Positions 39,470 through 48,752 of a stretch of 64,000 bases of DNA are shown piece after piece. Under the pieces are notes generated by a model. It had not been told where the DNA came from. It made no database searches and saw only the letters and a list, made by a program, of their open reading frames with translations. The translations under genes and the position numbers were made by a program. The stretch's first letter is position 1. The number at the start of each line of letters is the position of its first letter. Source of the DNA: a virus; the IMG/VR virus record IMGVR_UViG_3300035665_003403, positions 1-64,000 of that record; one strand, written 5' to 3'.

Positions 39470-40890
39470 TACTTGTTAATTTCTTTTTTATTGTACTCAT
39501 ACCCCTCAGAATCAGGTAGCATTTCAATAACGATTTCAATTACCTCATCTGAATTAAGTATTACATATTCACCAGTTTTATTGTTTCTATAAAACAATTC
39601 TAATATACATTCAAATTTATTATTTTCCAATTCTTTAACTATATAAAATATAAACCCAGATTCTCTATTAACTAATTCAATTTCTTCAATACCATATTTA
39701 ACTACAGCAGTATATGTTGAATCTTTATAGAAATCTCTATTTATATCTTTATTATTTATTGAATATTCTTTAGTTATTGGTTCTAATACTTTAAATTTAA
39801 CACTCCTACCTTTTTTAAATTTATTTGCTGATTCACCAATTTTATCCTCATATTTACCCAAAGAATATTTATCAATTAATTTTAATGTAGCAACAACACC
39901 TTTACTTTCAAAATCCTTATTCTTTAATCCATTGATGAACATATTAAATAAAGTAGGTGATTTATAAAAAGCAGACTTTAAATTTTCATCATTAATTATT
40001 TTATATAAGATGTCTTTTGACTCACTACTTTGCTCATCATCAATAATTTTATTATCAAATTTATCTTCTCTGGTACAATTATCTTTAATTTCAATACTAT
40101 CAATAGATATAAACTCATTTTGTTCATCTTCACCAACTAGTTTAATTAATTTTAAATATGGTACATTACCACCTTTTAACATAAAATTATCATAATCAAC
40201 ATCAGTAAATATGTCTTTTTCTAATTCAATTTTAATTTGATGTTTTCGTAAATTAGATAATTCATTATTATCATCCTCAATCATGTATAATGAAAAATTA
40301 TTACCATTTCTAGAATCAACACAAAAAATAACTTTTGATTGATTATAAAGTGTTATAACTAGACTATTACCCTCATTTGCACTTAATATTTCATTTCTAA
40401 ATTCATTTAAAGAAGCATAATCATTATCATCTAATTGATAAGTTGGTTCTAATTCTGTCGCTTCTGGGTCATTAGGTGTTGAATCATCAAATTCCAAAGA
40501 ATCAATAATTTTATTATTCCTTATAATATCTAATGACTTTAAATCAGTTAACGGTTTAAATTCCCAAGTTTTAGGGTTTTTAATATCAATACCATCTTTG
40601 CGTTTAGTTTTATGCGCCCTTTTAAATGTTAGCTTTTTATTAGATAAACTATCTAAACTAAGTAAATAATAATAATTAATATGCTCAGAACCTGGATTTT
40701 TATTTTCTAAAAATAGATGGTCACCATCTTTTTGTATAACCTTAAATATCAAACCGTCAGTATTCTTAAATGAAATTCTAATGATATCACCTACTTTAAT
40801 AACAGAATCAATCAAAGTATCATAAGTACTTTCTAACAGTATCTTTTCAACCCTCTTTAATTGTTCATTTGTGATAATTAATCGTTTCAT
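39469..40890 (-). CDS. Hypothetical protein (possible internal head protein)
   Basis: 473 aa; N-terminus MKRLIITNEQLKRVEKILLES; TATTTAT motif upstream. Confidence 0.55.
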   Translation of the reverse strand: MKRLIITNEQLKRVEKILLESTYDTLIDSVIKVGDIIRISFKNTDGLIFKVIQKDGDHLFLENKNPGSEHINYYYLLSLDSLSNKKLTFKRAHKTKRKDGIDIKNPKTWEFKPLTDLKSLDIIRNNKIIDSLEFDDSTPNDPEATELEPTYQLDDNDYASLNEFRNEILSANEGNSLVITLYNQSKVIFCVDSRNGNNFSLYMIEDDNNELSNLRKHQIKIELEKDIFTDVDYDNFMLKGGNVPYLKLIKLVGEDEQNEFISIDSIEIKDNCTREDKFDNKIIDDEQSSESKDILYKIINDENLKSAFYKSPTLFNMFINGLKNKDFESKGVVATLKLIDKYSLGKYEDKIGESANKFKKGRSVKFKVLEPITKEYSINNKDINRDFYKDSTYTAVVKYGIEEIELVNRESGFIFYIVKELENNKFECILELFYRNNKTGEYVILNSDEVIEIVIEMLPDSEGYEYNKKEINK

Positions 40891-40901
40891 CCTTATAAAT
40901 A

Positions 40902-41178
40902 TTAAACTAATGGAACATTACCACTATTAATCATATTTTTTAATGCATCACCACTAACTTTTCTAGTTCTACTACCATTTTTAGTTTGTGATTGTCTTGC
41001 TTCTTCCATTTGTTCTTCACGTCTATGCTTATCTCTAATAAGCATATTTAATCTAAACCTTCTTTCATTAACTGGCATTTCCAATATATCATTCCTACTC
41101 AAATTATTTAATAATTGATTACAAATATGCATTTCTTCAATTAAAGTTTCCTTATAATCTGATGTTAGGCCAAAAAAA
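40902..41178 (-). CDS. Tail assembly chaperone, frameshifted C-terminal part (G-T-like extension)
   Basis: The 76-aa ORF 40902..41132 stays open upstream to the T7 run at 41172-41178: FFGLTSDYKETLIEEMHICNQLL...DILEMPVNERRF. Confidence 0.65.
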
Positions 41179-42237
41179 GTTGATGTTAAGTGGAAGAAAG
41201 GTTTTTAAGGAACCACCTCCAGGGGTTCCAACAGTAACTTCCAAATCAATGTTTGGTTCATTAGCTTCCAAATACTTTATAAAATCACTAGAATCCTTTA
41301 ATAACATATTTGACACATATTCAATTATCGATATAGAATCACGTCTTCCATTAACCTCAACAATAATTCTACTTAATTCATATAGTTTCCTTTTGTTAAT
41401 TGGTACTCCATTCTTTTCATCTTCCTCAAGCATCTTTTCTATATCTTCAATATCCCCAACAGTCAAAAACCTATGTTTTATAACATCTTTTCTAACACTC
41501 GTAACATACTTAATCAAGCCATTTTCATCAACCTCTAATTTCAATTCCTTAAGCTTTAATGTACTCAAATCAATCTCAGATTCAAATGGTTCATTATTTT
41601 CATCAATAAGCGTTACTGGGTACTTTTCACCATAAGCAGTTGCTCTTAACCAAATCATAATAGTGTTTCTATCCCCAACAATCAAATCCCTATAATTTAA
41701 ATTTTGTTCCAATAATTTCCTCTCAATTAATATCTCAAGGAACTGACCACTACCCAATAAGTTGGGTGATGTTAATATAACCTCATCCATTGTTGTCATA
41801 AATGAGACTTTAAGGTTTGATTTAACGTTATGATATAACTTACCTAATGACGGAATAGGGATAACATCATAAGCTGAACTCCAATCCCTTTCTTTTAAAT
41901 TATTCAACATTTCATTATTGATTACCATATCTTCCATCGGTTTTTTAAGTTCAACTTCTTTTATAATCTTAGGATTAGATGCAACTGGGTTAGATAGAAG
42001 TTCATTTGATTTACCCTCTCTCTTAGCTTTGATTCTTTCATCAAATAATTTAGCTTTTTCTTCCATTTCTCTCATCTGCTCTTCAGTCCTCTTTCTCATT
42101 TCCTCAATTCCTTTATCCATACCAGTTGCCTTGGCTGAATCTGTATAGATTTCATTAATGACTTGTTTTTTGGCTTCTTCAAATTTTTCTGTTTGGGATT
42201 TATCACCCTCATTCTTTGGGAACACTTCTGGTTTCAT
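41152..42237 (-). CDS. Tail assembly chaperone / T4 gp26-like baseplate assembly protein
   Basis: VIPIPSLGKLY...FMTTMDEVILTSPNL...LIVGDRNTIMIWLRATAYGEKY...NFFWP. The ATG at 42237 is preferred over the TTG at 42255, which overlaps the upstream motif. Confidence 0.75.
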   Translation of the reverse strand: MKPEVFPKNEGDKSQTEKFEEAKKQVINEIYTDSAKATGMDKGIEEMRKRTEEQMREMEEKAKLFDERIKAKREGKSNELLSNPVASNPKIIKEVELKKPMEDMVINNEMLNNLKERDWSSAYDVIPIPSLGKLYHNVKSNLKVSFMTTMDEVILTSPNLLGSGQFLEILIERKLLEQNLNYRDLIVGDRNTIMIWLRATAYGEKYPVTLIDENNEPFESEIDLSTLKLKELKLEVDENGLIKYVTSVRKDVIKHRFLTVGDIEDIEKMLEEDEKNGVPINKRKLYELSRIIVEVNGRRDSISIIEYVSNMLLKDSSDFIKYLEANEPNIDLEVTVGTPGGGSLKTFLPLNINFFWPNIRL

Positions 42238-42286
42238 AATAACTTTGTTTAACAATAAATATATCCCAATTTTTTTCTATGTAAAT

Positions 42287-42318
42287 AAAAAACCCCCTTG
42301 CATTGCTACAAGAGGGTT
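42287..42318 (-). terminator. Intrinsic terminator
   Basis: Minus strand AACCCTCTTGTA-GCAA-TGCAAGGGGGTT followed by a T run; GNRA loop and G:U pairs fix the strand. Confidence 0.85.
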
Positions 42319-42339
42319 AATTTATTTACTTTTAATTTT

Positions 42340-42825
42340 CTAAACGTCCATTCCTTGTCTATAATTCACATGAACCAAAAATTTAGGTCCAAAATCTTTA
42401 ACAACAAAAGATAATTTACTATACGTGTTTGAATGACCATTATATCCACTACCACCATAACCATTCAAATACTCGTCCATATCTTCAACACTCATCCCCC
42501 TAAATGGTTCCCTTTTCTTTGGAATCAATAACCCAAATCTAACACTTAATCCTTCCACACTCTCATCCCATTCAATTGATTCTGGTCTAATAAACCCAAT
42601 CAACTCCCTATTGTTATCTAAGATAGAATTTCTAATGAAGTTTATTCTATCACCATCAACATCCTTGGGTGATATAGGCTCTTGAACAGATACATCCATC
42701 TTATTATAATAATCACGCTCCATGTCGTTATAATTATCAGCACTAAAACCCCTGTTCTCAAAATATCTAGATTCACATAATTTAGATACCATCTTTAATT
42801 TATTTAATTTGTCGGTTTTTCTCAT
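42340..42825 (-). CDS. Hypothetical protein (possible internal head protein)
   Basis: 161 aa; basic N-terminus ending KLCES; TATTTAT motif upstream, terminator downstream. Confidence 0.55.
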   Translation of the reverse strand: MRKTDKLNKLKMVSKLCESRYFENRGFSADNYNDMERDYYNKMDVSVQEPISPKDVDGDRINFIRNSILDNNRELIGFIRPESIEWDESVEGLSVRFGLLIPKKREPFRGMSVEDMDEYLNGYGGSGYNGHSNTYSKLSFVVKDFGPKFLVHVNYRQGMDV

Positions 42826-42846
42826 ATTAATAAATATTTGACTTCT

Positions 42847-43542
42847 TTAAGAAGTTATAGTTAGTTTCTTATAATTTATAATTAAACTTATTATATTGAT
42901 GTTATTTAATGCATAATCTGATTTGCCAAAGTCAATAAATTTTATTACACAATCACCCAAAACATAACGGTCAACCAAAGCACCAGTAGGGTCTATAATT
43001 TCAATTTCTAACGAAAATTTCTTATTGGTTTCTAAATATGTAATTAGTTTATTAATGAAATTACCAGGTAAATCACGTATATTTAACTTAATATCAGAAT
43101 ACTTTCTTTTACGACTATAAGTAATCCCAAATATTTTTTTCTCTTCAATATAAATTATTGGTTTTTCTATTGATGAAATAGAGTAAGCTGGAATCGTCAA
43201 TTCTTCTGGTAAATTAACCAAAAACCTATTAGTTAGCTTAGGTTCAAAAACAATTGGTAATTTATTTAATAAACTTATCCTATCTGTTAATGGATTTTTT
43301 TTACCAGTTAATTTCTCATATTCCATATTTGGTTCACCAGTATGTTGGTCAAATAGTGGAATTTCATTTTTTTTCTTTTCTAAGAAATCATCTATTGATT
43401 TTGCATAGTTTTTATCTTCTAAAAATTTACTCTTAAAACTATTAATTGATAAATATCTTTTATTAGTTGGTGGTTGATTTCCGTGTAATGTAACACCTAA
43501 GAATTTATCTTTCGTAAATCCACTTAAATTTTTGTTTTCCAT
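42847..43542 (-). CDS. Divergent tail-tube paralogue with N-terminal extension
   Basis: C-terminal ~140 aa align by eye to 44594..45082: FEPKLTNRFLVNLP vs YEPLRKNRWLITFP; LEIEIIDPTGALVDRYVL vs VELEMLDPTGVVVQKWLL; IDFGKSDY vs VSFGDLAM. Confidence 0.75.
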   Translation of the reverse strand: MENKNLSGFTKDKFLGVTLHGNQPPTNKRYLSINSFKSKFLEDKNYAKSIDDFLEKKKNEIPLFDQHTGEPNMEYEKLTGKKNPLTDRISLLNKLPIVFEPKLTNRFLVNLPEELTIPAYSISSIEKPIIYIEEKKIFGITYSRKRKYSDIKLNIRDLPGNFINKLITYLETNKKFSLEIEIIDPTGALVDRYVLGDCVIKFIDFGKSDYALNNINIISLIINYKKLTITS

Positions 43543-43593
43543 ATTATAACATTTATCTATAAATATGGAATAATTAGTTTTTTTTAGTAATAA

Positions 43594-44469
43594 TTAATTT
43601 AATAATTCTCGTTTTAACTCATTAATTACCCACTCAGTATTGTTATTTATATCTGACTCCCAAAATCTTAATAACTTAATATCGTTTTCTTCAGCTAATA
43701 AATTTTTTCGTATATCATTACCAACTGTTTTTATTTGTATTGGAAATGTTGGTATTTTGTGTTTTGTATTAGGATTACAATGATGGAAATCACCATCAAC
43801 CTCAATTAGTACATTATTTTTAATAATTAAAAAATCAAAAATAGCGTTACTTAATTGATGTTGGTATTTAAACTCGATATTTAAATCAACTAATATTTGT
43901 TCGAATCTTTCTTCCAATTTAGTTTTACTATTCCTGTAATTATTTTTAATTAATCTACTTATTAATCTTTCTGATTGTTTATTTCTTTCATCTACCTTCT
44001 CCCAACGCAATTTACTGAATTGTTTAATTTTAGCTATATGTTCATCACTCTTAGGAACACCACTTAATGCTTTTGATATGTTCTTACCACGCTCTGGGTT
44101 AGCCATAATTTTATTAATATTATCTCTAACCCTATCATCATCCATTGTTAATCCTTTATTCCAAACATTTAATTCACCATTTTCATGCATCTTTTTTTGA
44201 GTCTCATGTGATTTTCTTATAGCTTCTGGATTATGCCCCCAATTATTATTAACCCTAGATGCATGACCACGTACATAATCAACAAATCCTTTCTCAATAG
44301 ATAAAAAATTAGTTTTTTCACCACACCCACACTTGCACGTTGGTTGAACACCATCTAACTTATAGTCAATATATGTTTGCTCAGCACTAACTTTGTGCTT
44401 CTGAACACGATGTCTTCTTAATCCATCCAGTGTTTCAAATTCTCTATCACATTCTTTACATTTAAACAT
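43594..44469 (-). mobile_element. Free-standing homing endonuclease (C2H2 finger, CxCxC, NUMOD3-like, Vsr/DUF559-like nuclease)
   Basis: 291 aa; CKECDREF...LRRHRVQKH, CKCGCG, KALSGVPKSDEHIAKI, FDF...IEVDGDFHH...D..KN...LLRFWESDI. Confidence 0.78.
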
Positions 44470-44502
44470 AAAAAAATCTTTTAATATACTTGTTATTTTT
44501 TA

Positions 44503-44532
44503 CAAATATACTAAAAGATTTTAATAAGTCAA
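44503..44532 (-). promoter_or_regulatory. Bacteroidota-type promoter for the homing endonuclease
   Basis: Minus strand TTGACT-N16-TATATTTG (TTG-N19-TAnnTTTG), same geometry as the ssb promoter. Confidence 0.68.
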
Positions 44533-44593
44533 GTATTTGATAAACCAATTCTACTTTTGAATTATAAGTACTTGATAACCAAGTAAATAAAAA

Positions 44594-45082
44594 TCAAAAA
44601 AGTAATATAGCCCTATCAAATCTTAATGTTGCCGTGATTTCTGCGATACCGTCATCGTCCATAGCCAAGTCACCAAAGCTAACATTAGTAAGCATAGTAC
44701 CATCTAGAAGCCATTTTTGAACAACAACACCAGTTGGGTCAAGCATTTCAAGTTCCACAGGTCTTTTATAACCAACAGCATAACCTTGACGACCAGTAAT
44801 TGATTCACTATGTAAACGAACCCATTCCATAATTGCTTGTGTTGCAGAAGGACCAATTGGGTCTCTAAAAACAACATCGATTGCTTCCCATGTAAATCTA
44901 CCAATAACCCATGTTGATGTATTCAAGAATTGTATCTCAGTTTCATTTTGTGTTATTGATGGTCTAGACGCTGAAGACAGCCACCATTGCTGAATTCCCA
45001 AATCGGCAGGGAATGTTATTAACCATCTATTTTTCCTTAGAGGTTCGTAAGGTAATGGCATTTTAACTAATAAATCTGACAT
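44594..45082 (-). CDS. Tail tube protein (T4 gp19-like)
   Basis: 162 aa; EPLRKNRW, SASRPSIT, GRFTWEAIDVVFRDPIGPS, WVRLHSESITGRQGY, LDPTGVVVQKW, ITATLRFDRA. Confidence 0.88.
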   Translation of the reverse strand: MSDLLVKMPLPYEPLRKNRWLITFPADLGIQQWWLSSASRPSITQNETEIQFLNTSTWVIGRFTWEAIDVVFRDPIGPSATQAIMEWVRLHSESITGRQGYAVGYKRPVELEMLDPTGVVVQKWLLDGTMLTNVSFGDLAMDDDGIAEITATLRFDRAILLF

Positions 45083-45168
45083 AGTTTTAAGTTTTTAATT
45101 GTATTTATTAGTATCTTTGTAAATACTAACGATTATTTAATGATAAATACAATAGAAAATAAAAAAAA

Positions 45169-46812
45169 ATGAATAAAGCTAATGAATTTATAAAAAAAGC
45201 TATTAAAAAATTTGGTGATAGGTATGATTATTCAGAAATGCAATATATTTCATCAATAGAAAAGATTAATATTAGATGCAATAAACATAATATCATTTTC
45301 AATCAACTACCTTCAGCACATTTACGTGGTCAGGTGGGATGTCCTGTATGTAAAAACAGAATAACTACAACAGAAGAATTAATAAGCAAAGCGAAAGAAA
45401 TTCATGGTGATAGATATGATTATTCCAATACAAAATATGTTGATTCAAAAACAAAGATTAAAATTATATGCAAAGAGCATGGTGAATATGAACAATACCC
45501 AAATAATCATCTGATAAATAATTGTCCTAAGTGTGTTATTAAAGCTAACGCAATTGGTAGGACATTAAATAGCCAATCATTCATCAATAAATCAATTTTA
45601 AAGCATGGTGATAAGTATGATTATAGCTTGGTTGATTACATTGATTCTAAGAGCAAGGTTAAGATTATATGCAAAGAGCATGGTGAATTTGAGCAAATAG
45701 CTAGTTCACATATTAGAGGCAAGGGGTGTGAACTATGTGGTATAGAATCCAGGAATTCAATGAGTAGACATACAAAAGAAATGTTTATCAGTAAGGCTAA
45801 TATAATCCACAATAACAAATATAGTTATGATTCACTTGTTTATAAAAATGGTGTATCCAAAGTACTTATAACTTGTAAAAAACATGGTGAATTTGAACAA
45901 TATGCTTATGACCATTTAACTGGTCATGGTTGTAGTAAATGTAGTTCATCTGTATCAAAACAAGAATTGGAATTAATTGAATTTATAAGTAGTTTAGGGT
46001 TAAAGGTAAAAACTAGAGATAAATCAATCATAAAGCCGATGGAATTGGATATATTTATTCCATCACATAATATCGCAATCGAATTCAATGGGTTATATTG
46101 GCATAATGAATTATTCTTGGATAAGAATTATCATTTGAATAAAACAATTCAATGTGAAGAAAACGGGATAAAGCTTATACATATATTTGAAGATGAGTGG
46201 GAGTTTAAAAAAGATATTGTTAAATCAAGGCTTAAGAATATACTTGGATTGACTGAAAATAAGATATTTGGTAGGAAATGTGAGGTAAGAATTGTTTCAC
46301 AAAAAGATGGTGAAATATTTTTAAATAACAATCATTTGCAAGGCAATGTAAATTCAAGTGTTAGGCTTGGATTATATTATGATGATGAATTGGTATCTTT
46401 GATGTGTTTTAACAAACCAAGATTAGGGGTTGGAATTGGTTATGATGGGCATGAACTTAGTAGGTTTTGTAACAAATTAGATATAAATGTTATTGGTGGT
46501 GCTTCTAAGTTATTATCTCATTTCATAAAAGATAATTCACCAAATAAGATTATTAGTTATGCTGATATGAGGTGGAGTACTGGTGATTTATATGATACCT
46601 TAGGTTTCATAGAGTCACATAAAAATAAGCCAAATTATTGGTATGTAGTTGGAAAACAACGTAAACATAGATTTGGGTTTAGAAAAGAAATTCTCAAGAA
46701 AAATGGTTTCGATACCACCAATAAAACTGAACATGAAATTATGCTTGAAAGGAAGATGTACAGGATATATGATTGTGGAACTATAACATATAGTAAATCA
46801 TTTGTTGATTAA
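45169..46812 (+). mobile_element. Free-standing Hef-like homing endonuclease with four DUF723-like Zn repeats
   Basis: 547 aa; four repeats FIxKA..xHGDxYDYS..xY....K.xIxCxxHGEFxQ....HL.G..CxxC; ELDIFIPSHNIAIEFNGLYWH...LIHIFEDEW nuclease; C-terminal NHLQG...ELSRFC...GGASKLL...ISYADMRWS...IYDCG. Opposite strand to the tail genes; TATCTTTG at 45112-45119 upstream. Confidence 0.78.
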
Positions 46813-46828
46813 ACCTATATTTATATGT

Positions 46829-47893
46829 ATGAATTTATTTATAAAGAAGTTATTACGTGAGAATTTACAATTAGCTGATAAATTATACTTTAAAACAAAT
46901 AAGATATCTGAAGAAGGTAAAGATATCATCTTAAGTATAACCAATGGTGACAATACAACTAAAATAATTTCTGATATTTATTCAAATGTTAAGTTACATT
47001 CACACTTTGGTACTAAAAAATTTATAAACTATTTAAAAGATATTCATAATTCATTAGTTAACTACAATAAAAATGTTTTACCAATAGAAAATTTTGATTT
47101 ATACAAATCAAAAGGTGATGAATTATTTTCGTTATTTATTGAACGAATTAAATGTTTAAAAAAATTAAATAAACTACCAAAAGTTGCCATTAGAAATTTA
47201 AAAAACGATATTAGGTTAGAACGTGACTATAATGATTTTAGAACATTACTTAATGATATAGAATATATAACAACACATTTATCATTATTAAATAATAGAG
47301 ATAATTCAGCTAAAAATAAGATTTACAATAAATTATTTAAGAGTGATATAACATTCAGTAGACTAACTCAAATAATTGACGACAAGAAAAAATTAATTGG
47401 CGGTAATAAATTAACCCTTAAAGCAATAAAAGAGATTATTGATTCTGATGATGATTTACAGATAAAGTATTTTAAAAATAAAGTAATGGTTGTTGAGGTT
47501 GGGTCACCATATGCTATTAAAAAGATTGGATGTAATTCATTATGGTGTTTCACATATGATAATTCTAATTTTAATCATTTATGGAAACAATGGCATGATT
47601 ACTCAACAAATGAAATCTGTTACGTTATCATTGATTTTAAACAATCTAGTGATAGTTTAGATTTTATGCATGTATTAGTTAGTCCATTAGAAAGTGAAGA
47701 AACTTATAATACAGATGATTTTGATGCCCACACACCATTATATTCTATGGATAATGAAAATATATACAACCCATATGGTGTATTATATGATTTAGTTGGT
47801 AAAGATAATATTGATAAGATTTTCACATTTGATTATGAAACTGAACCAATCAACGAAACCCAAATATTATTAAGACTTGGGCTGGTTTATTAA
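46829..47893 (+). CDS. Hypothetical protein (possible internal head protein)
   Basis: ORF 46802..47893; likely start is the ATG at 46829 (MNLFIKKLLREN), 4 bp after ATATTTAT; contains KKIGCNSLWCF. Confidence 0.6.
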   Translation: MNLFIKKLLRENLQLADKLYFKTNKISEEGKDIILSITNGDNTTKIISDIYSNVKLHSHFGTKKFINYLKDIHNSLVNYNKNVLPIENFDLYKSKGDELFSLFIERIKCLKKLNKLPKVAIRNLKNDIRLERDYNDFRTLLNDIEYITTHLSLLNNRDNSAKNKIYNKLFKSDITFSRLTQIIDDKKKLIGGNKLTLKAIKEIIDSDDDLQIKYFKNKVMVVEVGSPYAIKKIGCNSLWCFTYDNSNFNHLWKQWHDYSTNEICYVIIDFKQSSDSLDFMHVLVSPLESEETYNTDDFDAHTPLYSMDNENIYNPYGVLYDLVGKDNIDKIFTFDYETEPINETQILLRLGLVY

Positions 47894-48268
47894 GTTTTTA
47901 ACTTGAACCAATAAGTATTCAAAGAAATATGTAAACGCTTCATGGTTATTGGCTTTTATCTTAACACCAACATGGTCAAGTATTGCCCATGTTAAGTGAA
48001 TCAATTCATGTTCAACGGTAGTATTATTATGCTTAAGCAATTCATTTGAGTTAATAAACATAAAGAATCTATTTTTAAGCATTCCTTCAAATTTATATGA
48101 TGTTTCCCATTGGAACCCTCTAGCGTCATTTGCTAAGTCTAATGTATCTTCATTATCAAACTCATCATTTATATGTTGTATTGCTTCTATACATGAATCA
48201 TGAAATATAACAAAAACGTCTTGATTATATATCGATGTATCTATTTTATGATGAGTTATTTTTGTCAT
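47870..48268 (-). CDS. Small HExxH (zincin-like) protein
   Basis: 132 aa; TVEHELIHLTW...NHEAFTY gives HExxH plus a downstream Glu. Confidence 0.6.
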   Translation of the reverse strand: MTKITHHKIDTSIYNQDVFVIFHDSCIEAIQHINDEFDNEDTLDLANDARGFQWETSYKFEGMLKNRFFMFINSNELLKHNNTTVEHELIHLTWAILDHVGVKIKANNHEAFTYFFEYLLVQVKNLINQPKS

Positions 48269-48675
48269 TTGTTTAAGTTAAGAACTGTTGTTATATCTAA
48301 TCTATCTTTGATATTTGATTCCTTAGCCAATGAATTAAATGTGGAAACCAATTTATTTGCATTTTTACTCATAAAAGATTTAGGGTCTTTCACACCCAAG
48401 ATTTCCATAGCATCAAATAATTCATCCAATTGAGATTCATCTTCAAGCATATTTTTTATCTTAGACATGATTTTAGGGTTAGTAATGGCTTTATTTGATA
48501 ATTCCAAGTTATGACCACTCTGATTAAATTTGGTGCCATTAACGGCTTTATTTAGAATCAAACCGATTCCCAAGATACATTCTTTTTTACTCTCAGTAAT
48601 TAAAGTCTTAAACTTTAAATTATATTCAAATAGTTTTTCTTGTTGTGATTCAGTTATAATCAAAGTCTTTTTCAT
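48265..48675 (-). CDS. Hypothetical protein (possible internal head protein)
   Basis: 136 aa; MKKTLIITESQQEKLFE...LITES; TATTTAT motif upstream. Confidence 0.55.
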   Translation of the reverse strand: MKKTLIITESQQEKLFEYNLKFKTLITESKKECILGIGLILNKAVNGTKFNQSGHNLELSNKAITNPKIMSKIKNMLEDESQLDELFDAMEILGVKDPKSFMSKNANKLVSTFNSLAKESNIKDRLDITTVLNLNK

Positions 48676-48701
48676 ATTATATAAATATCATTTTAATAAA
48701 C

Positions 48702-48735
48702 AAAAAACCCCATACTGAAAAGTATAGGGTTTTTT
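48702..48735 (-). terminator. Intrinsic terminator downstream of the sheath gene
   Basis: Minus strand AAAAAACCCTATACT-TTTC-AGTATGGGGTTTTTT. Confidence 0.85.
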
Positions 48736-48752
48736 AACGTTAAGGTTATCGA

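Noticed and set aside
36610-42800. GC-skew switch at the origin-like gap
   Set aside because: Spot counts were inconsistent and confounded by coding-strand bias; this needs computation.
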